This document shows positions 48,629-59,000 of a DNA stretch of 64,000 nt, piece after piece. How positions within the stretch are numbered: the stretch's first letter is position 1; each line of letters starts with the position of its first letter. The notes below the pieces were generated by a model that had not been told where the DNA came from, made no database searches, and was given only the letters and a program-made list of their open reading frames with translations. A program made the position numbers and the translations under genes. The stretch comes from an uncultured Gammaproteobacteria bacterium (GTDB lineage: Bacteria > Patescibacteriota > Patescibacteriia > Veblenbacterales > UBA10138): contig CAYVOI010000001.1 in the NCBI GenBank assembly GCA_964453605.1, forward strand, positions 740,095 to 804,094. The letters are read 5' to 3'.

Positions 48629-49627
48629 TTACTGACCAGCCGCCGACTGGGGGGCCTGCGCCCAGCTAGGCGCCAGCTTGAGCTGAAAGGTAGACTGTAC
48701 GAGCGGTGCTGCCTGGTCGCTGGCGGTGCCCACCGCAATGCTCCCTAAGCTCACCGTACTAAAGGTACCGGGGGCAGACTCAAACACCCGGAGCTGGCGC
48801 GCCAGGTCTGACACCGAGGTTGCCTCAACCGCTAAGATGAGGTCACCCTCCGAGGTGAGTGAAGCTGAACTGTAGCTCACCGTGGTAAGCGTTAGGTCCT
48901 GCAGGCGGTCAAACAGCTGGTCCCAATCGGGCCGAGCTTTGAGCAGTTCCTCGATGGCGAACACCTTGGCGCTGGTGGCCTGCAGTACCTTCAGGGCGGG
49001 GCGGAACCGGTCAATGTCTTGGGCGAGCGTAGTAGCTTCTTGGTGTAGCACCACCACCTTGCGCTCGCGCTGTACGGTTATAGTTTTCAGAATACCGTAG
49101 CCAATACCAACCAGCAGGCACGATACCAGGAGCACCAGCCCGAGGCGGGCGGTGTAGCCTTCGTCTACATGTACCGGCCGGTCCTCAGCCGGCAGCAGGT
49201 TCACATCCAGCACTACACCTAAGGGCACATCGGGCTCATCGGCACTGGGCGCTAAAACTTCGGGCTGTACGTTGGTTCGGCTGGTAGCTGGTGGTGCTGG
49301 CGGTGCCGCCTGCTTAGTTGTTTGAGGTGGCAGCGTCTCAGAGGCTCGAGCCTTAGCCGGGGCACGGGCAGGAGGTGGCACCACCGAGGGTGGTGGCGCC
49401 GGAGGGGCTGGCGGCTTCATGAACCAATCGGTAATGCGCTGCCACCAGCCAGACGCCGGCCCCTCAGACAAGGCCTGCAGGCGCTCCTCCAGCTGCGAAC
49501 TACTCGGCCGAGGTGGCGGCGTTTGCGCCCTGGTGTAGCGCGGCGGCGGCTGGGTGGCTCGACCACCTGTTTGTTCCTGCCGCTCAGCGGCGCGTAGCTC
49601 TTCGGGGAGAAGGTTAATATCAGACAT
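48629..49627 (-). CDS. pilN: PilN-like protein with a Pro-rich N-terminal extension
   Basis: INLLP and VNLLP motifs, TM helix, coiled coil, WDQLFDRLQ; between pilM and pilO. Confidence 0.75.
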   Translation of the reverse strand: MSDINLLPEELRAAERQEQTGGRATQPPPRYTRAQTPPPRPSSSQLEERLQALSEGPASGWWQRITDWFMKPPAPPAPPPSVVPPPARAPAKARASETLPPQTTKQAAPPAPPATSRTNVQPEVLAPSADEPDVPLGVVLDVNLLPAEDRPVHVDEGYTARLGLVLLVSCLLVGIGYGILKTITVQRERKVVVLHQEATTLAQDIDRFRPALKVLQATSAKVFAIEELLKARPDWDQLFDRLQDLTLTTVSYSSASLTSEGDLILAVEATSVSDLARQLRVFESAPGTFSTVSLGSIAVGTASDQAAPLVQSTFQLKLAPSWAQAPQSAAGQ

Positions 49628-49632
49628 ACAGC

Positions 49633-50688
49633 TTAGGTATGAATTTCCCTGAGCGCTAGGCCAATCGCGGTGGCAAAGCGCGGGCCTATCTCTTCCAGTA
49701 CGCCCTTGAGGTCAACCGGGTAGGACACCTGGGCCCAGGGGTCGCCGATCACCACCTTGAGTTGAAACACCTGCTCGAGGTACTGCGTGAACTGCGGCAA
49801 GAAGGCCGAACCGCCGGTCAGGACCAGCTTTTCGATCGGCTTAGAACCTTCAGCTTGGTAGAGCGAAATGGCGTACTTAATTTCATTTACAATGGGCCCC
49901 AAGGTTTGCTCAATAATCTTCGGCACCCCGCTGGCCCCGCCCTGCAAGCTCAGCCCCACGTCGCGCTTAAACTGCTCGGCTCGACGGTAATCAATCTGCA
50001 GGTTCTGCGCGATCGCCTTGCTAACGGTAACCCCGCCGACGTCGATGCTACGGTTGAGGAGTGGAATGTGGTCCTGCACCACGGCCACGTCGGTGGTGAG
50101 GGCGCCCACGTCAACCAGCACGGCCACGGAAGGCTCCAGCCCTAAGAGCGCGCGGCCCAGGGCAAAGGCTTCCGTCTCGAGGGAGAGAATTTCGAGCTTG
50201 GCGAGGCGGAAAATGTCGAGGTACTGCTTGACCAGGTTCTTCGGGGCCGCGGTCAGGAGCACGCGCATAGTCTTGTCGCGGCGGGCCGGTTGCGCCTGGG
50301 GTGGGCTCGGCAGCACTTTCCAATCGAGGATCATCTCATCAACTGGCAGGGGCACAATTTTCTTGGCCTCGTAGGTCAGGGCTTGGCCGACCTCGTGCTC
50401 GTTCATCACCGGCAAGGTCAGGAGCGAGCTAAAAACCGAGAAGGTGGGCAGCGCAGCTACAACCTTGCGCGAGGTGATGCGCGCCTTGGTACAAATGTCG
50501 CTCAAGGCCTGCGCGGTGCGCTCCAGCTTCTCGTGGGCGTTAAACTTTACGTCCTCCGGCGGGAGCTCGGCAAAGCCGTAGGTGAGGAGGCGTGCTTGAC
50601 CGCCTACGTTGGCCAGTTCCACCAGCTTAATGCTGCCGGTACCAAGGTCGCAGCCTACGTAGGAGTGTTTTTTAGCAAAGAGGTCCAT
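49633..50688 (-). CDS. pilM: Type IV pilus assembly protein PilM
   Basis: GCDLGTGSIKLVEL, VDVGALTT, LTGGSA, ATAIGLALR (actin-like fold). Confidence 0.95.
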   Translation of the reverse strand: MDLFAKKHSYVGCDLGTGSIKLVELANVGGQARLLTYGFAELPPEDVKFNAHEKLERTAQALSDICTKARITSRKVVAALPTFSVFSSLLTLPVMNEHEVGQALTYEAKKIVPLPVDEMILDWKVLPSPPQAQPARRDKTMRVLLTAAPKNLVKQYLDIFRLAKLEILSLETEAFALGRALLGLEPSVAVLVDVGALTTDVAVVQDHIPLLNRSIDVGGVTVSKAIAQNLQIDYRRAEQFKRDVGLSLQGGASGVPKIIEQTLGPIVNEIKYAISLYQAEGSKPIEKLVLTGGSAFLPQFTQYLEQVFQLKVVIGDPWAQVSYPVDLKGVLEEIGPRFATAIGLALREIHT

Positions 50689-50776
50689 GGGTCTTACGGT
50701 GTGAGCATTGGTGTTGGCATGTTACGCTCCAAGTATACCAGAAAGCGCGGTCAACCGGCAGCTTACGGCAGGGCCG

Positions 50777-52780
50777 CTAGCGGCGCACAAACGTCGGCAA
50801 ACCCTTAGCAAAGTCGGCCATGCCCGGAGAGGGGTTAAGCTGTAGGCGGCCATCGGCCACAAACTGCTCGGCCGGCTCCTTGGTACGCACGTTAATGTAG
50901 GTACGGTCGAGCTTGAACTGGCGGGCAAAAACTGACCCCGAAACCTGCAGCGGCAGCGTGCTACAGGCAGTGCCACCGCTAGTGTCGTAGCAGCTCTTGA
51001 ACTTACCAAACCCGTCGTACAGGTCGCCGTTCGGGTCGTGAGCCACGTACTTCGGCTTGCACACCGCGCAGGTACCCGTACCGTTGGCCGACAAGCACTG
51101 GGCGTCCGAGCTGCACGTGGTGTCTGCTTTCTGGGGGTCCTGGCTCAGGCAGTACTTCTGGGTGTAGGCCGGCGCACAGCTGGCGTCGTCGGTGCAGGCC
51201 ACACCGCCCGCGCTGTGGTCGCACACCTGCTGCGGTGCCTCCCGGCGCCCCAGCACAATAAAGCTGCCAGCCAGCTGGCTTACCGTTGGTAGTACACGCA
51301 CATCCCCTAACACAATCCACGTTACCGAGGCCAGCTGCCGGCTCGAGCTCACGGCTGCACTCGTGTCGTAGCTTATGTTGTTGCTCACGAGCAAGTTGCC
51401 ACGCACAACGATGGTGCCGGCGGCGCTGGTGGTGTCGCTGCTGTTCTTAAAGGTAACGCTGCCGGCCGAAACCGACGCAGTGTCAAACACCTGCTGGCCA
51501 GAGTAGCTGGGGTCGGTTTCAGCCACAACTGGCGGCACAATAACCTTGCCCCCCAGGGGCTGGCTAAAGAGAAACGAGAGGTCACTCGCAGCAGGGTACA
51601 CCACGGGGAAGGTGTAGGTATCGGTGAGCACGGTCTTAGTGGCACAATCAGTGGCCGTGTGACCAGCCGCCACATTGCTGCACAGCGGCAGGGGTAAGCC
51701 CGAGCTGCTGCTGGCACAGGTACAGTTCGCCGGCGTGTACAGCCCACGGAAATCAAAACGGCCTAAGCGGAAACTGTAGGGGTCGGTAAGGCCAGGGGCG
51801 TTGGTCGCGGGCACCAGCAGTGCTAGGCTCGGTGTTTTACACTGTGGGTTAGCGGAGCTGGTATCGGTGCACTGGCTTATGAAGTTAGTGAAATTGCCGG
51901 TACCACCAATTTGCACCAGGTACTGCGCGTTGTACTGCGAAGCGGGTGGCGAAAAGGTGGTCCTGATACCTCGACCACTGTAAATGTCACCACCAAAACC
52001 CTGCAGGTAGGGGAACAGCACTTCATTATTAGCGTTACAATATATAGGATCATTAATACAAATCCACCCGGCGCCATAGGCCGTTGGCGTAGCCGCACTG
52101 CTATCACCGCCGGTCTGCTGCCACGCCCAACCTTTGAGGAACGTCGCCCGATGTTCCACGTCCGGCACGTCAGCTGTGGGCGCAGCCGGGCAATCCACGT
52201 ACGCCCCGGTGGTCGTATTAAAGCACTGGTTGAACTTTACCTGGGTCGCATAAGTTGGGCCGGTGAGTGCAATCCACCCCCCCGCGCCCTGGTTCACCAC
52301 CCGCGCCCAGCCCGTCAGCGCCCCCGTGAAGGCGGTCTCACAGTCCACCACGGTTGCCGGCGTAGCACTGTTGTAGCAGGTGAAGTTCGCCGCCAGGCTC
52401 GGGTTACCTGGGTTACCACTCGGCACCGCCAAGCTGCCGCCGCAGGTGGTGCCAAAACAGATCCAACCCAAACTACTTGACCAGGCGTAGCCAATCATGG
52501 TGCCGTGCTTTTTGTCAGGTGTTTGGTTTATGTCGAGCTTTAAGCCGTACGACACGCACGAACCGGGGTTCGTTGTGCAGCTAGGGTCATTGAGCGCGTT
52601 CAAGGACACCCAGCCCGTGTTGCCGCTCCAGGCCCACCCCCCAATGTTGTAGACCGTGGTAGTGCCGGCGGCCTGCGCCGTGGGCAGTTCAAAGTACCAG
52701 CTGGCAGCCAGCGCCCCAACCACAAAAACCCCTGAAATAGCAATACTTCCAAGATAGTGCCAGCGCACAATTCTTGTCAT
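50777..52780 (-). CDS. Cys-rich secreted/surface protein
   Basis: Signal ending AQA; repeated GWAWS/GYAWS/GWAWQ...GWI motifs; Cys-rich inserts; C-terminal PAEQFVADGR. Confidence 0.8.
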   Translation of the reverse strand: MTRIVRWHYLGSIAISGVFVVGALAASWYFELPTAQAAGTTTVYNIGGWAWSGNTGWVSLNALNDPSCTTNPGSCVSYGLKLDINQTPDKKHGTMIGYAWSSSLGWICFGTTCGGSLAVPSGNPGNPSLAANFTCYNSATPATVVDCETAFTGALTGWARVVNQGAGGWIALTGPTYATQVKFNQCFNTTTGAYVDCPAAPTADVPDVEHRATFLKGWAWQQTGGDSSAATPTAYGAGWICINDPIYCNANNEVLFPYLQGFGGDIYSGRGIRTTFSPPASQYNAQYLVQIGGTGNFTNFISQCTDTSSANPQCKTPSLALLVPATNAPGLTDPYSFRLGRFDFRGLYTPANCTCASSSSGLPLPLCSNVAAGHTATDCATKTVLTDTYTFPVVYPAASDLSFLFSQPLGGKVIVPPVVAETDPSYSGQQVFDTASVSAGSVTFKNSSDTTSAAGTIVVRGNLLVSNNISYDTSAAVSSSRQLASVTWIVLGDVRVLPTVSQLAGSFIVLGRREAPQQVCDHSAGGVACTDDASCAPAYTQKYCLSQDPQKADTTCSSDAQCLSANGTGTCAVCKPKYVAHDPNGDLYDGFGKFKSCYDTSGGTACSTLPLQVSGSVFARQFKLDRTYINVRTKEPAEQFVADGRLQLNPSPGMADFAKGLPTFVRR

Positions 52781-53000
52781 AGCATACTAAATTATAGCAC
52801 ATTTTTACCCTCTTGGCAATAGCAAAATAATACGTTCTACACTTTGATACCTATTTTTAATTACGACGTAACTTATCAACAACTAAATGTGAACAAACTG
52901 TGGGCAAGAGCTTTGACACCCGGACGCTGGTAGATTAAGGTAGAGCCACAATCAGCGTCGGTGCAACCGTAGTGAGCCTTACCTCTTAACCGAAGTAAGT

Positions 53001-56000
53001 ATGCAGCACTCCCCGTTCACCCCTACCCAACTGGTCTTCTCTCGCAAGCTAACAGCGCTGCTGTTAGCTTTTTTGTTTTTGCTGCCACCGCTCGCGCCTG
53101 TGCTGGCGGCCTCGGCGGATCAGGTGGCCGGAGACTCGAGCAGCTCAACTACCAAGGTAGTCCCGCTCGCCGCCCCGAGCGATGCCACACCAACAGCTAC
53201 CACCACCCCGTCTACGACTACTGACTCAGGCACCTCGGCGGCTGCGGTAACCCCGCCCGCGTCCCCTACCGACACCGCCTCAGCTTCACCCACGGACCAA
53301 ACCAGCACGAAGTCCCCGACTACCAATTCAACTACCGCGCCAGCAACGTCGTCCACCAGCACCAGCGACTCCACGAGCACACCTCAAAGTGCAGCACCAA
53401 TCGCTAAGGCGACCTTGCCGCAAGCTGACCCTGCCACCGGCGCGCTGGTCTACAGCTACCCCTTCACGCTGCCGCCGGGCCGCAGCGGCTTGCAGCCTGA
53501 CCTGAAACTTCAGTACAACAGTCAGCAGCTCGACGACCAGAACGTGGTCGGCTATGGCTGGAGCCTGAGCGTGCCCTATATTGAACGCCTCAACAAACAC
53601 GGCAGCGACAAAATTTACACCAGCACCGATTTCAGCTCGTCGCTCTCGGGCGAACTGGTGAACGTCAGCGGCAACCAGTACGCGGCTAAGGTAGAAAGCG
53701 GTGACTTTTTGAGCTATACCTACGACGGCGCCTCGTGGCAAGTTAAGGACAAGCGAGGCACGCTCTACCTTTTCGGCCAGAGCACACTGTCGCGGCAGAA
53801 CGATACCACGGGCACCCAAACGTACCGGTGGCTGCTGTCACAGGTGGTTGATACGAACAACAACTCCGTAACGTACGAATACCTCAAAGACAGCGGCCAA
53901 ATGTACCCGAGCAAAGTGAGCTACACTGGCCAGGGCGCTGACCTCGGTATATTCAGCGTAAACCTGACCTATGAAACCAGGCCTGATGCTGCAACCAGCT
54001 ACCGCAGTGGCTTTCAAGTTATAACCGCCAAACGCCTAAGCCTAGTAGAAGCTAAAGTTTCGGGCACACTCGTACACCGCTGGAGCTTGAATTACACCTC
54101 CGGCGCGAACGGCCAACGCTCACTCCTGAATTCAATCACGGAAACCGGATTTGATTCCACCGGAGTCGCAACCAGCCTACCGCCGATGCAATTTACCTAC
54201 AGCACCGCGAGCACTACGAATCCCATCTGGCAGGCTGACCCGAGTTGGCAAGTACCCACCGACGTTAACTTCAGTAGGTATGGCAGCCAAAACAACTGGC
54301 GCAGGGTAGATATTAACGGCGACGGTTTGACTGATTTTGTCCAGGCCCAAGGTATAACAAACTACAATACCGGCGTGACTACCTACGTACAGAAAACCTA
54401 CCTAAACACCGGCACAGGCTGGGTTACCTCAAACGCCTGGCAACTACCTCTAGCAGCCATGCAAGCCTGGGGTAGAACCTACCTTATTGACTTAAACGGC
54501 GACAGTAAACTCGACCTATTCATTGGCCGTCAGCCACCCATTGTCGATGCTCAGAGCCAGAATCAAATTTTCATGAACACCGGCAGTGGCTGGCAGCCGA
54601 GCAGTTGGGTAGTTTCCTCCGACCCGATTCTGCCGGGAATCGGTGACACAAGTGGTGATGAAAACCGTAATTCCTACGGCTGGGTACTACTGGATGTAAA
54701 TGGTGATTCACTACCCGACCTTATAGAGGCACTACGCGCATCAGACGGAACTAGCACAATTACCCGCCGTGCCCTAATCAACACTGGCAACGGTTGGGTA
54801 GAAGACGCCACGAATTTCCAAACTCCTCCGGATATTGATCTTGGTATTTATAACCCCAGCGCAGGTGGCTCTCAAGTAGTAACTATTGATCTCAACAACG
54901 ACGGGCTAGTTGACCTATTCGATTTTGATAAACGAGTTGCCTTCATTAACACTGGCAAGGGCTGGCAGCAAACCACAGCTTTCGCTATACCTGTTGATCC
55001 TGGTTTACTTGCCTACTATAAAGCGTGCAATCCTCAGGCGACCTCCACTGGCACACAAGGCCTACGTTTGATTGATGTCAACAATGATGGAATCGCAGAT
55101 CTAGAGCGAAGTGGTCAGTATGAAATTACCAACTGCCCCTCCCCCACCTATCAATCACTCTACCGTGGTAGCGCCACTGATTGGCTGGGCCCGCCTGGCA
55201 ATGCCCAACTCCCAGCTGATGTACTGTTCTACGCCAACGAACAGCAGCCTGAGCAAAAAGTGTTTGCCTTCAAATTTGTTGACATTGACGGCGACGGCAG
55301 CGTCGACATCCTGACTGCTCTTACCAAACCATTAACCTCAGAAACGCTTAGAGAAGTACGGCGTTACCAAGGTGCGAAACCAGATGTACTATCAAGAATC
55401 ACCTACCCCACCGGCGGTAGTACGAGCGTAACCTACAAAGCCTCCGACCAGTACAAAGACCAGAACGGTAACCTGCTTAACCCCAACCTGCCTCAAAACC
55501 TCCAAACCGTGGCGAGCCTCGCTACCTCCGACGGCGCAGGGCTTACACAAAACGTTAGCTACACCTACGCTGGCGGGTTGTACGCCTACCAGAGCGCCAC
55601 GGACCGCAAGTTCGCAGGGTTTGCTAAGGTCACATCAACCGACTCAGCCGGCACCACCACTACCACCTTCTACCACCAGGGCAACAGCACCAACAGCGCC
55701 CAGGGCGAGTACAACGACACCTTTGCCAAAATCGGGCACTCGTACCGCACGGAGGTTGGGGATAGTGCTGGTAACCTCGTCAACGCCAGCATAACGAAGT
55801 GGGACAGTGTTGACCTGGGCCAGGGCCGCAGCTTTGTTAAGCCCACCCAAACCCTTAACTTTACCTACGATGGTAACACTACCCACCGCGATACAGCCGT
55901 AACCACCACCTATGACGATACCAATGGCAACGTAACTCAGGTGACACAGTGGGGCGAGGTGCAAGCCACCGATAGCGGCACATTTACCGATGTAGGCAAC

Positions 56001-59000
56001 GACAAGCTCGTCACCACGACCACCTACGCTACCGGCAGTGGCTACGGGGTCACGGGTTTACCAGCCAGCCAAGTAACGAACGACCAAGCGAGTACCAAAG
56101 TAAAAGAGGCTCGGCTCTACTACGACACGCTGGCCCTAGGGAGTGTAGGCAAAGGTAATATAACCAAGCAAGAGCAGTGGGTTGCAGGCACCACCTACGT
56201 CAACACGCAAAAAACCTACAACCCCTACGGCTTAGTAACGCAAGAACTCGACCCACGGGGCAAAGCCAGCACGTATGTGTACGACAGCTACAACCTGTAC
56301 CCCAGCACAGTTACCAACGCCCTGAACCAGACCACGCAGTACCAGTACGACTACTCAGCCGGCAAACCTACACAGGTCACCGATGCTAATGGCTACGTGT
56401 ATCAAACCGTGTACGACGGACTGGACCGGGTAGTCGGGGAAAAGCAGCCCGACCTCACCACACCCGCCACCCTGGTCAGCAAAACCGCCTACGTCTACAC
56501 CGATACACCGGGTAGCGTTAGCGTAAAAAAGACCAGCTACCTCGACAGCGCCACCGGTGTTGACGCCTACACCTACTTCGATGGGTTAGGCCGCCCCGTG
56601 CAAACCCGGACCGAGGCTGAAACTGCCGGCCAGTTTAATGCAGCCGACACAGTGTACGACGCTCGTGGCCTCACCCAAAAGCAGTCCCTGCCTTACGCCT
56701 CATCTGGCTCCGCCAAAACTGCTCCGACCGGAGCGTCGGAGCTCTACACTACCTTTACCTACGACGCCACAGGTCGGCCACTCACGGCTGTAAACTCCAT
56801 TGGCACCACAACCTCTGCCTACGACGATTGGAAAACGACGGTCACTGACGCGCGCGGCAACACTACCAGCCGCACGCAAGACGCCTACGGAAACTTAAGT
56901 TACGTTACTGAGCCGGGCGGCGGCACCACCACCTACACCTACAACGACGCTGGCAACCTAACTGGCATGGCCGACGCGGCCGGCAACGTGCGCAGCTTTA
57001 CCTACGACGGCCTAGGGCAAAGGCTGACGGCGCAAGACCTGCACGCTCCAGCCGACACCACCTTCGGCGCCTGGGCCTACACCTATGACGCCGCTGGCAA
57101 CCTCACCCAGAAGCTTGATCCCAAAGGCCAAACCATAAACTACACGTACGATGACCTCAACCGTCCACTGACAGAAGATTACACTGGAGCTCCTGGCACT
57201 GAGGTTGCCTACACTTACGACGCCTGCCAGAACGGCAAGGGTCGCTTGTGCAGTGTAGCAAGTGCCGCACTAACCACCACTGAGCAGTACGACGCGCTGA
57301 GGAACACTGCCCGAGAAATTAAAACCATAAACAGCAGCGCCTACCAAACCGATTACACTTATGACCGAGCCGGCAACATGCTCACTATAACTAACCCCGA
57401 CAGCTCCAAGGTGCAGTACACCTACAACACCTCTGGTCAGCTCGAAAGTGTAAGCCGTAAAGAAGCCGCCGATGCCGGGTTCGCGAGCGTAGTAACCAAT
57501 TTTGACTACGGCCCCACCGGCAGCATTGTAACTCAGGCCAACGCCAATGGCACCACGACCACCAATACCTACGATGCAGCCAAGCTCTACCGCCTAGCGA
57601 GGAAGCTCACCGTAAATAGCGGCGGCACAAAATTGCAGGACATAAACTACACCTACGATGCTGTGGGCAACATCACCCAAACTGTTAATGCCTCGCAGAC
57701 TAATGCAGCCAAAACCACTGTTTACACCTACGACGCGCTGAATCGGCTACTCACTACCACTGCCACCGGCGCTGCCAACGGCCAAAACTACAGCCAAAAC
57801 TTTACCTACGACGCCATTGGCAACATGCTAACTGGTCCAGCCGGTACTTACACCTACGCTGGCACCGGTTACGCCAACCCACATGCGGTAACCAGTCTTG
57901 GTAGCGCAACTTACAGCTACGACCAAAACGGAAACTTAGTGAGCGATGGTGTGAAGACATACACCTGGGACTACGCCAACCGCCTGGTGCGGGTGGACAG
58001 GCCAGGGCCCACGCCTGCACCTGTCACCACCACCTTCTACCCTGCCGCAGGCGACGGCTCCGCGAGCTACCAGGGCGCAAGCTCCTGGGCCACTACGCAT
58101 GATGCGGCAACTGGCACAGCCGCCACCCCTACCGCTACCACCACCAACGTCAGCTCGGGCAGGGGGAGCGGCGGCAAGTACCAAATCGAGCGTAGCTTCC
58201 TGCCGTTTGACACCTCGGCCCTGCCCGACAACGCCACCATAACTGGGGCCAGGCTCAAGGTGTTTGTAGCGAGCAAGCTAAACGACGACAACGACAACTA
58301 CGACTTTGTAACCGTGGTGCAAGGCTTGGAACCAAGCACCCTAAGCCTCACCACCGCCGACTACAGTCTGGCTGGCACCATCAACACACCCGCCGAAAGT
58401 GTCGACGCCGCCGAGCGCAAGGACATTACAAGCGTGGCTACCGGCGCCTACCTTACATTCAATGTAAACAACACCGGCTTGGGGTTGGTGTCAAAAACCG
58501 GACCCACCAAGCTCGCCCTGCGGGAGGGCCACGACGTGTTAAACATCCCCTTTGCCCCCTCGGTCGCCACGCAGACGCAAGCAGCTAGCAGTATCAAGCT
58601 GGCGGCGGTTACTGGCGGTGGGGGCAGCACGAGCGGGTACAACCAACTACAGATTCGCACCAGCGAGTACACCGGCACCACCACTGACCCTATCTTAGAG
58701 GTGACGTACCAGTTGCCAGCGCCAATCGTCAGTTCAACCTACGCCTATGACGCTTCGGGTCAGCGTGTTACAGTAACTAGTGGAGGAGTAACTACAGTGT
58801 ACCCAAGCAAAACGTACAATACGGACGGCACTAAAAAAACCAAGCACATTTTTGCTGGTGACACCATGGCTGCGACTATTGAAACCACCGGCACTACGAC
58901 TACACCACACTTTATTGCCACTGATAATCTATCTGGTTCCAACGTGGTGACTAGCTCCACCGGCACTCAAGAGGAACTGACCGACTACTATCCCTTTGGT

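Noticed and set aside
52900-52985. GGTGCAACCG and a GACGCTG/CAGCGTC stem suggested a c-di-GMP-II riboswitch
   Set aside because: The stem's 5' arm lies inside the predicted promoter spacer and other consensus elements are missing
53120-53400. Ser/Thr/Pro-rich low-complexity stretch as a tandem repeat element
   Set aside because: It is a coding linker with no exact DNA repeat unit
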